64,000 nt of DNA, from positions 1-64,000 of the forward strand of contig CAXHJY010000696.1 of NCBI GenBank assembly GCA_964016885.1, read 5' to 3'. Positions 51,741 to 63,190 of this stretch are shown here, one piece after another (positions within the stretch are counted from its first letter, which is position 1; each line of letters opens with the position of its first letter). Made by a program: the position numbers and the translations under genes. The notes under the pieces were generated by a model. That model searched no databases. It had not been told where the DNA came from and saw only the letters and a program-made list of their open reading frames with translations. The DNA is from Eledone cirrhosa. Taxonomy: Eukaryota.

Positions 51741-53282
51741 ATTGAAGGAAGGAAGGAGTGGAAGGAAGTATGACTGTAATGATGTATTGAATGAAGGAAG
51801 GAGAGGAAGAAAGTATGACTGTAATGATGTATTGAAGGAAGGAAGGAGTGGAAGAAAGTATGATTGTAATGATGTATTGAAGGAAGGAAGGAGTGGAAGG
51901 AAGTATGACAGTAATGATGTATTGAAGGAAGGAAGGAGTGGGAGGAAGTATGACTGTAATGATGTATTGAAGGAAGGAAGGAGTGGAAGGAAGTATGACT
52001 GTAATGATGTATTGAAGGAAGGAAGGAGTGGAAGAAAGTATGACTGTAATGATGTATTGAAGGAAGGAAGGTGTGGAAGGAAGTATGACTGTAATGATGT
52101 ATTGAAGGAAGGAAGGAGAGGAAGAAAGTATGACTGTAATGATGTATTGAAGGAAGGAAGGAGTGGAAGGAAGTATGACTGTAATGATGTATTGAAGGAA
52201 GGAAGGAGAGGAAGAAAGTATGACTGTAATGATGTATTGAAGGAAGGACGGAAGGAGTGGAAGGAAGTATGACTGTAATGATGTATTGAAGGAAGGAAGG
52301 AATGGAAGGAAGTATTTCTGTAATGATGTATTGAAGGAAGGAAGGAGTGGAAGGAAGTATGTCTGTAATGATGTATTGAAGGAAGGAAGGAGTGGAAGGA
52401 AGTATGTATGTAATGATGTATTGAAGGAAGGAAGGAGTGGAAGGAAGTATGTCTGTAATGATGTATTGAAGGAAGGAAGGAAGGAAGGAGAGGAAGGAAG
52501 TATGACTGTAATGATGTATTGAAGGAAGGAAGGAGTGGAAGGAATTATGACTGTAATGATGTATTGAAGGAAGGAAGGAGTGGAAGGAATTATGACAGTA
52601 ATGATGTATTGAAGGAAGGAAGGAGTGGAAGGAAGTATGTCTGTAATGATGTATTGAAGGAAGGAAGGAGTGGAAGGAAGTAGGACTGTAATGATGTATT
52701 GAAGGAAGGAAGGGGTGGAAGGAAGTATGACTGTAATGATATATTGAAGGAGGGAAGGAGTGGATGGAAATATGACTGTAAGGATGTATTGAAGGAGGGA
52801 AGGAAGGAGTGGAAGAAAGTATGACTGTAATAATGTACTAAAAGAGGGAAGGAGTAGAAGGAAGTATGTATGTAATGATGTATTGAAGGAGGGAAGGAAG
52901 GAGTGGAAGGAAGTACGACTGTAATGATGTATTGAAGGAAGGAAGGAGTGGATGGAAATATGACTGTAATGATGTATTGAAGGAAGGAGTGGAAGGAAGT
53001 ATGACTGTAATGATGTTTTGAAGGAAGGAAGGAGTGGAAGAAAGTATGACTGTAATGATGTATTGAAGGAAGGAAGGAGTGGAAGGAAGTATGACTGTAA
53101 TGATGTATTGAAGGAAGGAAGGAGTGGAAGGAAGTATGACTGTAATGATGTATTGAAGGAAGGAGTGGAAAGGAAGTATGACTGTAATGATGTATTGAAG
53201 GAAGGAGTGGAAGGAAGTATGACTGTAATGATGTATTGAAGGAAGGAAGGAGTTGAAGGAAGTATGACTGTGATGATGTATT

Positions 53283-53870
53283 GAAGGAAGGAAGGAAGGA
53301 GTGGAAGGAAGTATGACTGTAATGATGTATTGAAGGAGGGAAGGAAGGAGTGGAAGGAAGTATGACTGTAATGATGTATTGAAGGAGGGAAGGAAGGAGT
53401 GAAAGGAAGTATGGCTGTAATGATGTATTGAAAGAAGGAAGGAAGGAGTGGAAGGAAGTATGACTGTAATGATGTAATGAACGAGGGAAGGAAGGAGTGG
53501 AAGGAAGTATGACTGTAATGATGTATTGAAGGAAGGAAGGAAGGAGTGGAAGGAAGTATGACTGTAATGATGTATTGAAGGAAGGAAGGAAGGAGTGGAA
53601 GGAAGTATGACTGTAATGATGTATTGAAGGAGGGAAGGAAGGAGTGGAAGGAAGTATGACTGTAATGATGTATTGAAGGAGGGAAGGAAGGAGTGAAAGG
53701 AAGTATGGCTGTAATGATGTATTGAAAGAAGGAAGGAAGGAGTGGAAGGAAGTATGACTGTAATGATGTAATGAACGAGGGAAGGAAGGAGTGGAAGGAA
53801 GTATGACTGTAATGATGTATTGAAGGAGGGAAGGAAGGAGTGGAAGGAAGTATGACTGTAATGATGTATT
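53283..53870. repeat. 294-bp hexamer of 49-bp monomers, two copies
   Basis: GAAAGGAAGTATGGCT at 53401 and 53695 (+294 = 6x49), each followed by GTAATGAACGAGGG. Confidence 0.88.
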
Positions 53871-54390
53871 GAAGGAAGGAAGGAGTGGAAGGAAGTATGT
53901 CTGTAATGATGTATTGAAGGAAGGAAGGAAGGAGTGGAAGGAAGTATGACTGTAATGATGTATTGAAGGAAGGAAGGAGTGGAAGGAAGTATGTCTGTAA
54001 TAATGTATTGAAGGAAGGAATGAGTGGAAGGAAGTATGACTGTAATGATGTATTGAAGGAAGGAAGGAGTGGAAGGAGTGGAAGGAAGTATGACTGTCAT
54101 GATGTATTGAAGGAAGGAAGGAAGGAGTGGAAGGAAGTATGACTGTCATGATGTATTGAAGGAAGGAAGGAAGGAGTGGAAGGAAGTATGACTGTCATGA
54201 TGTATTGAAGGAAGGAAGGAAGGAGTGGAAGGAAGTATGACTGTAATGATGTATTGAAGGAGGGAAGGAGTGGAAGGAAGTATGACTGTAATGATGTATT
54301 GAAGGAAGGAAGGAGTGGAAGGAAGTATGACTGTAATGATGTATTGAAGGAAGGAAGGAGTGGAAGGAAGTATGACTGTAATGATGTATT

Positions 54391-55076
54391 GAAGGAGGGA
54401 AGGAAGGAGTGGAAGGAAGTATGACTGTCATGATGTATTGAAGGAAGGAAGGAAGGAGTGGAAGGAAGTATGTCTGTAATGATGTATTGAAGGAGGGAAG
54501 GAAGGAGTGGAAGGAAGTATGACTGTCATGATGTATTGAAGGAAGGAAGGAAGGAGTGGAAGGAAGTATGTCTGTAATGATGTATTGAAGGAGGGAAGGA
54601 AGGAGTGGAAGGAAGTATGACTGTCATGATGTATTGAAGGAAGGAAGGAAGGAGTGGAAGGAAGTATGTCTGTAATGATGTATTGAAGGAGGGAAGGAAG
54701 GAGTGGAAGGAAGTATGACTGTCATGATGTATTGAAGGAAGGAAGGAAGGAGTGGAAGGAAGTATGTCTGTAATGATGTATTGAAGGAGGGAAGGAAGGA
54801 GTGGAAGGAAGTATGACTGTCATGATGTATTGAAGGAAGGAAGGAAGGAGTGGAAGGAAGTATGTCTGTAATGATGTATTGAAGGAGGGAAGGAAGGAGT
54901 GGAAGGAAGTATGACTGTCATGATGTATTGAAGGAAGGAAGGAAGGAGTGGAAGGAAGTATGTCTGTAATGATGTATTGAAGGAGGGAAGGAAGGAGTGG
55001 AAGGAAGTATGACTGTCATGATGTATTGAAGGAAGGAAGGAAGGAGTGGAAGGAAGTATGTCTGTAATGATGTATT
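54391..55076. repeat. 98-bp dimer higher-order repeat of two 49-bp monomers (TCATGA variant + TGTCTG variant), 7 copies
   Basis: TCATGA at 54428, 54526, 54624, 54722, 54820, 54918 and 55016, an exact 98-bp period. Confidence 0.95.
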
Positions 55077-55420
55077 GAAGGAGGGAAGGAGTGGAAGGAA
55101 GTATGACTGTAATGATTTATTGAAGGAAGGAAGGAGTGGAAGGAAGGAGTGGAAGGAAGTATGACTGTAATTATGTATTGAAGAAAGGAAGGAGTTGAAG
55201 AAAGTATGACTGTAATGTTGTATTGAAGGAAGCAAGGAGTTGAAGGAAGTATGGCTGTGATGATGTATTGAAGGAGGGAAGGAGTGGAAGGAAGTATGAC
55301 TGTAATGATTTATTGAAGGAAGGAAGGAGTGGAAGGAAGGAGTGGAAGGAAGTATGACTGTAATTATGTATTGAAGAAAGGAAGGAGTTGAAGAAAGTAT
55401 GACTGTAATGTTGTATTGAA
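55077..55420. repeat. 193-bp tetramer (includes a 58-bp monomer), about two copies
   Basis: AATGATTTATT at 55111 and 55304, each followed by a monomer with duplicated GGAAGGAGTGGAA. Confidence 0.85.
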
Positions 55421-58400
55421 GGAAGAAAGGAGTGGAAGGAAGTATTACTGAAATGATGTATTGAAGGAAGGAAGGAGTGAAAGGAAGTATGACTGTAATG
55501 ATGTATTGAAGGAAGGAAGGAGTGGAAGTAAGTATGACTGTGATGATGTATTGAAGGAAGGAAGGAGTTGAAGGAAGTATGACTGTGATGATGTATTGAA
55601 GGAAGGAAGGAGTGGAAGGAAGTATGTCTGTAATGATGTATTGAAGGAAGGAAGGAGTTGAAGGAAGTATGACTGTAATGATGTATTGAAGGAAGGAATG
55701 AGTGGAAGGAATTATGACTGTGATGATGTATTGAAGGAAGGAAGAAGTGGAAGGAAGTATGACTGTAATGATGCATTGAAGGAAGGAGTGGAAGGAAGTA
55801 TGACTGTAATGATGTATTGAAGGAAGGCAGGAGTGGAAGGAAGTATGACTGTAATGATGTATTGAAGGAACGAAGGAAGGAGTGGAAGGAAGTATGACTG
55901 TGATGATGTATTGAAGGAAGGAAGGAGTGGAAGGAAGTATGTCTGTAATGATGTATTGAAGGAAGGAAGGAGTGGAAGGAAGTATGACTGTAATGATGTA
56001 TTGAAGGAAGGAAGGAGTGGAAGGAAGTATGACTGTAATGATGTATTGAAGGAAGGAAGGAGAGGATGAAAGTATGACTGTAATGATGTATTGAAGGAAG
56101 GAAGGAGTGGAAGGAAGTATGACTGTAATGATGTATTGAAGGAAGGAAGGAGTGGAAGAAAGTATGACTGTAATGATGTATTGAAGGAAGGAAGGAAGGA
56201 GTGGAAGGAAGTATGACTGTAATGATGTATTGAAGGAAGGAAGGAGTGGGAGGAAGTATGACTGTAATGATGTATTGAGGGAAGGAAGGAGTGGAAGGAA
56301 GTATGACTGTAATGATGTATTGAAGGAAGGAAGGAGTGGGAGGAAGTATGACTGTAATGATGTATTGAAGGAAGGAAGGAGTGGAAGGAAGTATGACTGT
56401 AATGATGTATTGAAGGAACGTAGGAAGGAGTGGAAGGAAGTATGACTGTAATGATGTATTGAAGGAAGGAAGGAGAGGAAGAAATATGACTGTAATGATG
56501 TATTGAAGGAAGGAAGGAGTGGAAGGAAGTATGACTGTAATGATGTATTGAATGAAGGAGGGAGTGGGAGGAAGTGTGACTGTAATGATGTATTGAAGGA
56601 AGGAAGGAGTGGAAGGAAGTATGACTGTAATGATGTATTGAAGGAAGGAGTGGAAGGAAGTATGACAGTAAGGATGTATTGAAGGAAGGAGTGGAAGGAA
56701 GTATGACTGTAATGATGTATTGAACGAATAAAGGAGTGGATGGAAGTATAACTGTAATGATGTATTGATGGAACGAAGGAAGTTGTGGAAGGAAGTATGA
56801 CTGTAATGATGTATTGAAGGAAGGAAGGAGTGGAAGGAAGTATGACTGTAATGATGTATTGAAGGAAGGAAGGAGTGGAAGGAAGTATGACTGTAATGAT
56901 GTATTGAAGGAAGGAAGGAGTGGAAGGAAGTATGACTTAATGTCGTATTGAAGGAAGGAGTGGAAGGAAGTATGTCTGTAATTATGTATTGAAGGAAGGA
57001 AGGAGTGGAAGGAAGTATGACTGTAATGATGTATTGTAGGAAGGAGTGGAAGGAAGTATGACTGTAATGATGTATTGAAGGAAGGAGAGGAAGAAAGTAT
57101 GACTGTAATGATGTATTGAAGGAAGGAGAGGAAGAAAGTATGACTGTAATGATGTATTGAAGGAGGGAAGGAAGGAATGGAAGGAAGTATGACTGTGATG
57201 ATGTATTGAAGGAAGGAAGGAGTGGAAGGATGTATGTCTGTAATGATGTATTGAAGGAAGGAAGGAGTGGAAGGAAGTATGACTGTAATAATGTATTGAA
57301 GGAAGGAGTGGAAGGAAGTATGACTGTAATGATGTATTGAAGGAAGGAAGGAGTGGAAGGAAGTATGACTGTAATGATGTATTGAAGGAAGGAAGGAGTG
57401 GAAGGAAGTATGACTGTAATGATGTATTGAAGGAAGGAAGGAGTGGAAGGAAGTATGACTGTAATGATGTATTGAAGGAAGGAAGGAGTGGAAGGAAGTA
57501 TGACTGTAATGATGTATTGAAGGAAGGAAGGAGTGGAAGGAAGTATGACTGTAATGATGTATTGAAGGAAGGAAGGAGTGGAAGGAAGTATGACTGTAAT
57601 GATGTATTGAAGGAAGGAAGGAGTGAAAGGAAGTATGACTGTAATGATGTATTGAAGGAAGGAAGGAGTGGAAGGAAGTATGACTGTAATGATGTATTGA
57701 AGGAAGGAAGGAGTGAAAGGAAGTATGACTGTAATGATGTATTGAAGGAAGGAAGGAGTGGAAAGAAGTATGTCTGTAATGATGTATTGAAGGAGGGAAG
57801 GAAGGAGTGGAAGGAAGTATGACTGTAATGATGTATTGAAGGAAGGAAGGAGTGGAAAGAAGTATGTCTGTAATGATGTATTGAAGGAGGGAAGGAAGGA
57901 GTGGAAGGAAGTATGACTGTAATGATGTATTTAAGGAAGGAAGGAGTGGAAGGAAGTATGACTGTAATGATGTATTGAAGGAAGGAAGGAGTTGAAGGAA
58001 GTATGACTGTGATGATGTATTGAAGGAAGGAAGGAGTTGAAGGAAGTATGACTGTGATGATGTATTGAAGGAAGGAAGGAGTGGAAGGAAGTATGTCTGT
58101 AATGATATATTGAAGGAAGGAAGGAGTTGAAGGAAGTATGACTGTAATGATGTATTGAAGGAAGGAAGGAGTGGGAGGAAGTATGACTGTAATGATGTAT
58201 TGAAGGAAGGAAGGAGTGGAAGGAAGTATGACTGTAATGATGTATTGAAGGAAGGAAGGAGTGGAAGGAAGTATGACTGTAATGTTGTATTGAAGGAAGG
58301 AATGAGTGGAGGGAAGTATGACTGTAATGATGTATTGAAGGAAGGAAGGAGTGGAAGTAAGTATGACTGTAATGTTGTATTGAAGGAAGGAAGGAGTGGA

Positions 58401-59479
58401 AGGAAGTATGACTGTAATGATGTATTGAAGGAAGGAGTGGAAAGGAAGTATGACTGTAATGATGTATTGAAGGAAGGAATGAGTGGAGGGAAGTATGACT
58501 GTAATGATGTATTGAAGGAAGGAGGGAGTGGGATGAAGTATGACTGTAATGATGTATTGAAGGAAGGAAGGAGTGGAAGGAAGTATGACTGTGATGATGT
58601 ATTGAAGGAAGGAGTGGAAGGAAGTATGACAGTAAGGATGTATTGAAGGAAGGAGGGAGTGGAGGGAAGTATGACTGTAATGATGTATTGAAGGAAGGAA
58701 GGAGTGGAAGTAAGTATGACTGTGATGATGTATTGAAGGAAGGAGTGGAAAGGAAGTATGACTGTAATGATGTATTGAAGGAAGGAAGGAGTGGAAGGAA
58801 GTATGACTGTAATGATGTATTGAAGGAAGGAGGGAGTGGGAGGAAGTATGACTAATGATGTATTGAAGGAAGGAAGGAGTGGAAGGAAGTATGACTGTAA
58901 TGATATATTGAAGGAAGGAAGGAGTGGAAGAAAGTATGACTGTAATGATGTATTGAAGGAAGGAGTGGAAAGGAAGTATGACTGTAATGATGTATTGAAG
59001 GAAGGAGTGGAAGGAAGTATGACAGTAAGGATGTATTGAAGGAAGGAGTGGAAGGAAGTATGACAGTATGGATGTATTGAAGGAAGGAGTGGAAGGAAGT
59101 ATGATTGTAGTGATGTATTGAACGAATGAAGGAGTGGATGGAAGTATAACTGTAATGATGTATTGAAGGAACGAAGGAAGGAGTGGAAGGAAGTATGACT
59201 GTAATGATGTATTGAAGGAGTGAAGGAAGGAGTGGAAGGAAGTATGACTGTAATGATGCATTGAAGGAAGGAAGGAAGGAGTGGAAGGAAGTATGACTGT
59301 AATGATGTATTGAAGGAGGGAAGGAAGGAGTGGAAGGAAGTATGACTGTAATGATGCATTGAAGGAAGGAAGGAGTGGAAGGAAGTATGTCTGTAATGAT
59401 GTATTGAAGGAGGGAAGGAGTGGAAGGAAGTATGACTGTAATGATGTATTGAAGGAAGGCAGGAAGGAAGGAGTGGAAG

Positions 59480-62400
59480 GAAGTATGACTGTAATGATGT
59501 ATTGAAGGAAGGAAGGAAGGTGTTGTAGAAAGTATGACTGTAATGATGTATTGAAGGAAGGAAGGAAGGAGTGGAAGGAAGTATGACTGTAATAATGTAT
59601 TGAAGGAAGGAAGGAGTGAAAGGAAGTATGACTGTAATGATGTATTGAAGGAAGGAAGGAGTGGAAGGAAGTATGACTGTAATGATGTATTGAAGGAAGG
59701 AAGGAGTGGAAGGAAGTATGACTGTAATGATGTATTAAAGGAAGGAAGGAGTGGAAGGAAGTATGACTGTAATGATGTATTGAAGGAAGGAAGGAGTGGA
59801 AGGAAGTATGACTGTAATGATGTATTGAAGGAAGGAAGGAGTGTAAAGAAGTATGTCTGTAATGATGTATTGAAGGAGGGAAGGAAGGAGTGGAAGGAAG
59901 TATGACTGTAATGATGTATTTAAGGAAGGAAGGAGTGGAAGGAAGTATGACTGTAATGATGTATTGAAGGAAGGAAGGAGTTGAAGGAAGTATGACTGTG
60001 ATGATGTATTGAAGGAAGGAAGGAGTGGAAGGAAGTATGTCTGTAACGATGTATTGAAGGAAGGAAGGAGTTGAAGGAATTATGACTGTAATGATGTATT
60101 GAAGGAAGGAAGGAGAGGAAGAAATTATGACTGTAATGATGTATTGAGGGAAGGAAGGAGAGGAAGAAAGTATGACTGTAATGATGTATTGAAGGAAGGA
60201 ATGAGTGGAAGGAATTATGACTGTGATGATGTATTGAAGGCAGCAAGGAATGGAAGGAAGTATGACTGTAATGATGCATTGAAGGAAGGAAGGAGTGGAA
60301 GGATGTATGACTGTAATGATGTATTGAAGGAAGGAAGGAGTGGAAGGAAGTATGACTGTAATGATGTATTGAAGGAACGTAGGAAGGAGTGGAAGGAAGT
60401 ACGACTGTGATGATGTATTGAAGGAAGGAAGGAGTGGAAGGAAGTATGTCTGTAACGATGTATTGAAGGAAGGAAGGAGTGGAAGGAAGTATTACTGTAA
60501 TGATGTATTGAAGGAAGGAAGGAGTGGAAGGAAGTATGACTGTAATGATGTATTGAAGGAAGGAAGGAGAGGAAGAAAGTATGACTGTAATGATGTATTG
60601 AAGGAAGGAAAGAAGGAGTGGAAGGAAGTATGACTGTAATGATGTATTGAAGCAAGGAAGGAGTGGAAGGAAGTATGACTGTAATGATGTATTGAAGGAA
60701 GGAAGGAGTGGAAGAAAGTATGACTGTAATGATGTATTGAGGGAAGGAAGGAGAGGAAGAAAGTATGACTGTAATGATGTATTGAAGGAAGGAAAGAAGG
60801 AGTGGAAGGAAGTATGACTGTAATGATGTATTGAAGAAAGGAAGGAGTGGAAGGAAGTATGACTGTAATGATGTATTGAAGGAAGGAAGGGGTGGAAGGA
60901 AGTATGACTGTAATGATGTATTGAAGGAAGGAAGGAATGGGAGGAAGTATGACTGTAATGATGAATTGAAGGAAGGAAGGAGAGGAAGTAAATATGACTG
61001 TAATGATGTATTGAAGGAAGGAAGGAGAGGAAGAAAGTATGACTGTAATGATGTATTGAAGTAATGAAGGAGTGGAAGGAAGTATGACTGTAATGATGTA
61101 TTGAAGGAAGGAAGGAAGGTGTTGTAGAAAGTATGACTGTAATGATGTATTGAAGGAAGGAAGGAAGGAGTGGAAGGAAGTATGACTGTAATAATGTATT
61201 GAAGGAAGGAAGGAGTGAAAGGAAGTATGACTGTAATGATGTATTGAAGGAAGGAAGGAGTGGAAGGAAGTATGACTGTAATGATGTATTGAAGGAAGGA
61301 AGGAGTGGAAGGAAGTATGACTGTAATGATGTATTGAAGGAAGGAAGGAGTGTAAAGAAGTATGTCTGTAATGATGTATTGAAAGAGGGAAGGAAGGAGT
61401 GGAAGGAAGTATGACTGTAATGATGTATTGAAGGAAGGAAGGAGTTGAAGGAAGTATGACTGTGATGATGTATTGAAGGAAGGAAGGAGTGGAAGGAAGT
61501 ATGACTGTAATGATGTATTGAAGGAAGGAAGGAGTTGAAGGAAGTATGACTGTGATGATGTATTGAAGGAAGGAAGGAGTGGAAGGAAGTATGTCTGTAA
61601 TGATGTATTGAAGGAAGGAAGGAGTTGAAGGAAGTATGACTGTAATGATGTATTGAAGGAAGGAAGGAGTGGAAGGAATTATGACTGTAATGATGTATTG
61701 AAGGAAGGAAGGAGAGGAAGAAATTATGACTGTAATGATGTATTGAGGGAAGGAAGGAGAGGAAGAAAGTATGACTGTAATGATGTAGTGAAGGAAGGAA
61801 TGAGTGGAAGGAATTATGACTGTGATGATGTATTGAAGGCAGCAAGGAATGGAAGGAAGTATGACTGTAATGATGCATTGAAGGAAGGAAGGAGTGGAAG
61901 GATGTATGACTGTAATGATGTATTGAAGGAAGGAAGGAGTGGAAGGAAGTATGACTGTAATGATGTATTGAAGGAACGTAGGAAGGAGTGGAAGGAAGTA
62001 CGACTGTGATGATGTATTGAAGGAAGGAAGGAGTGGAAGGAAGTATGACTGTAACGATGTATTGAAGGAAGGAAGGAGTGGAAGGAAGTATTACTGTAAT
62101 GATGTATTGAAGGAAGGAAGGAGTGGAAGGAAGTATGACTGTAATGATGTATTGAAGGAAGGAAGGAGAGGAAGAAAGTATGACTGTAATGATGTATTGA
62201 AGCAAGGAAGGAGTGGAAGGAAGTATGACTGTAATGATGTATTGAAGGAAGGAAGGAGTGGAAGAAAGTATGACTGTAATGATGTATTGAGGGAAGGAAG
62301 GAGAGGAAGAAAGTATGACTGTAATGATGTATTGAAGGAAGGAAAGAAGGAGTGGAAGGAACTATGACTGTAATGATGTATTGAAGGAAGGAGGGATTGG

Positions 62401-62680
62401 GAGGAAGTATGACTGTAATGATGTATTGAAGAAAGGAAGGAGTGGAAGGAAGTATGACTGTAATGATGTATTGAAGGAAGGAAGGGGTGGAAGGAAGTAT
62501 GACTGTAATGATGTATTGAAGGAAGGAAGGAATGGGAGGAAGTATGACTGTAATGATGAATTGAAGGAAGGAAGGAGAGGAAGTAAATATGACTGTAATG
62601 ATGTATTGAAGGAAGGAAGGAGAGGAAGAAAGTATGACTGTAATGATGTATTGAAGTAAGGAAGGAGTGGAAGGAAGTAT
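59480..62680. repeat. Imperfect ~1599-bp tandem duplication
   Basis: TGTTGTAGAAAG at 59521/61120 and ACGTAGG at 60377/61976; ORF-track starts 59600/61199 and 60418/62017; all +1599. Confidence 0.9.
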
Positions 62681-62759
62681 GACAGTAATGATGTATTGAA
62701 GGAAGGAAGGAGTGGAAGGAAGTATGACTGTAATGATGTATTGAAGGAAGGAAGTAGTG

Positions 62760-63190
62760 GAAGGAAGTATGACTGTAATGATGCATTGAAGGAAGGAAGG
62801 AGTGGAAGGATGTATGACTGTAATGATGTATTAAAGGAAGGAGGGAGTGGGAGGAAGTATGACTGTAATGATGCATTGAAGGAAGGAAGGAGTGGAAGGA
62901 TGTATGACTGTAATGATGTATTGAAGGAAGGAGGGAGTGGGAGGAAGTATGACTGTAATGATGTATTGAAGAAAGGAAGGAGTGGAAGGAAGTATGACTG
63001 TAATGATGTATTGAAGGAAGGAAGGAGTGGAAGGAAGTATGACTGTAATGATGCATTGAAGGAAGGAAGGAGTGGAAGGATGTATGACTGTAATGATGTA
63101 TTAAAGGAAGGAGGGAGTGGGAGGAAGTATGACTGTAATGATGCATTGAAGGAAGGAAGGAGTGGAAGGATGTATGACTGTAATGATGTA
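62760..63190. repeat. 270-bp hexamer, about 1.6 copies
   Basis: TTAAAGG at 62831/63101; ATGCATT at 62781/63051 and 62871/63141. Confidence 0.85.

Noticed and set aside
3156-63146. Very long minus-strand ORFs (up to 1747 aa) rich in S, P, F, L, H
   Set aside because: The consensus minus strand lacks stops in all frames. The ORFs overlap in several frames, switch peptide at each 4-bp indel, and have no unique N- or C-terminal domain.
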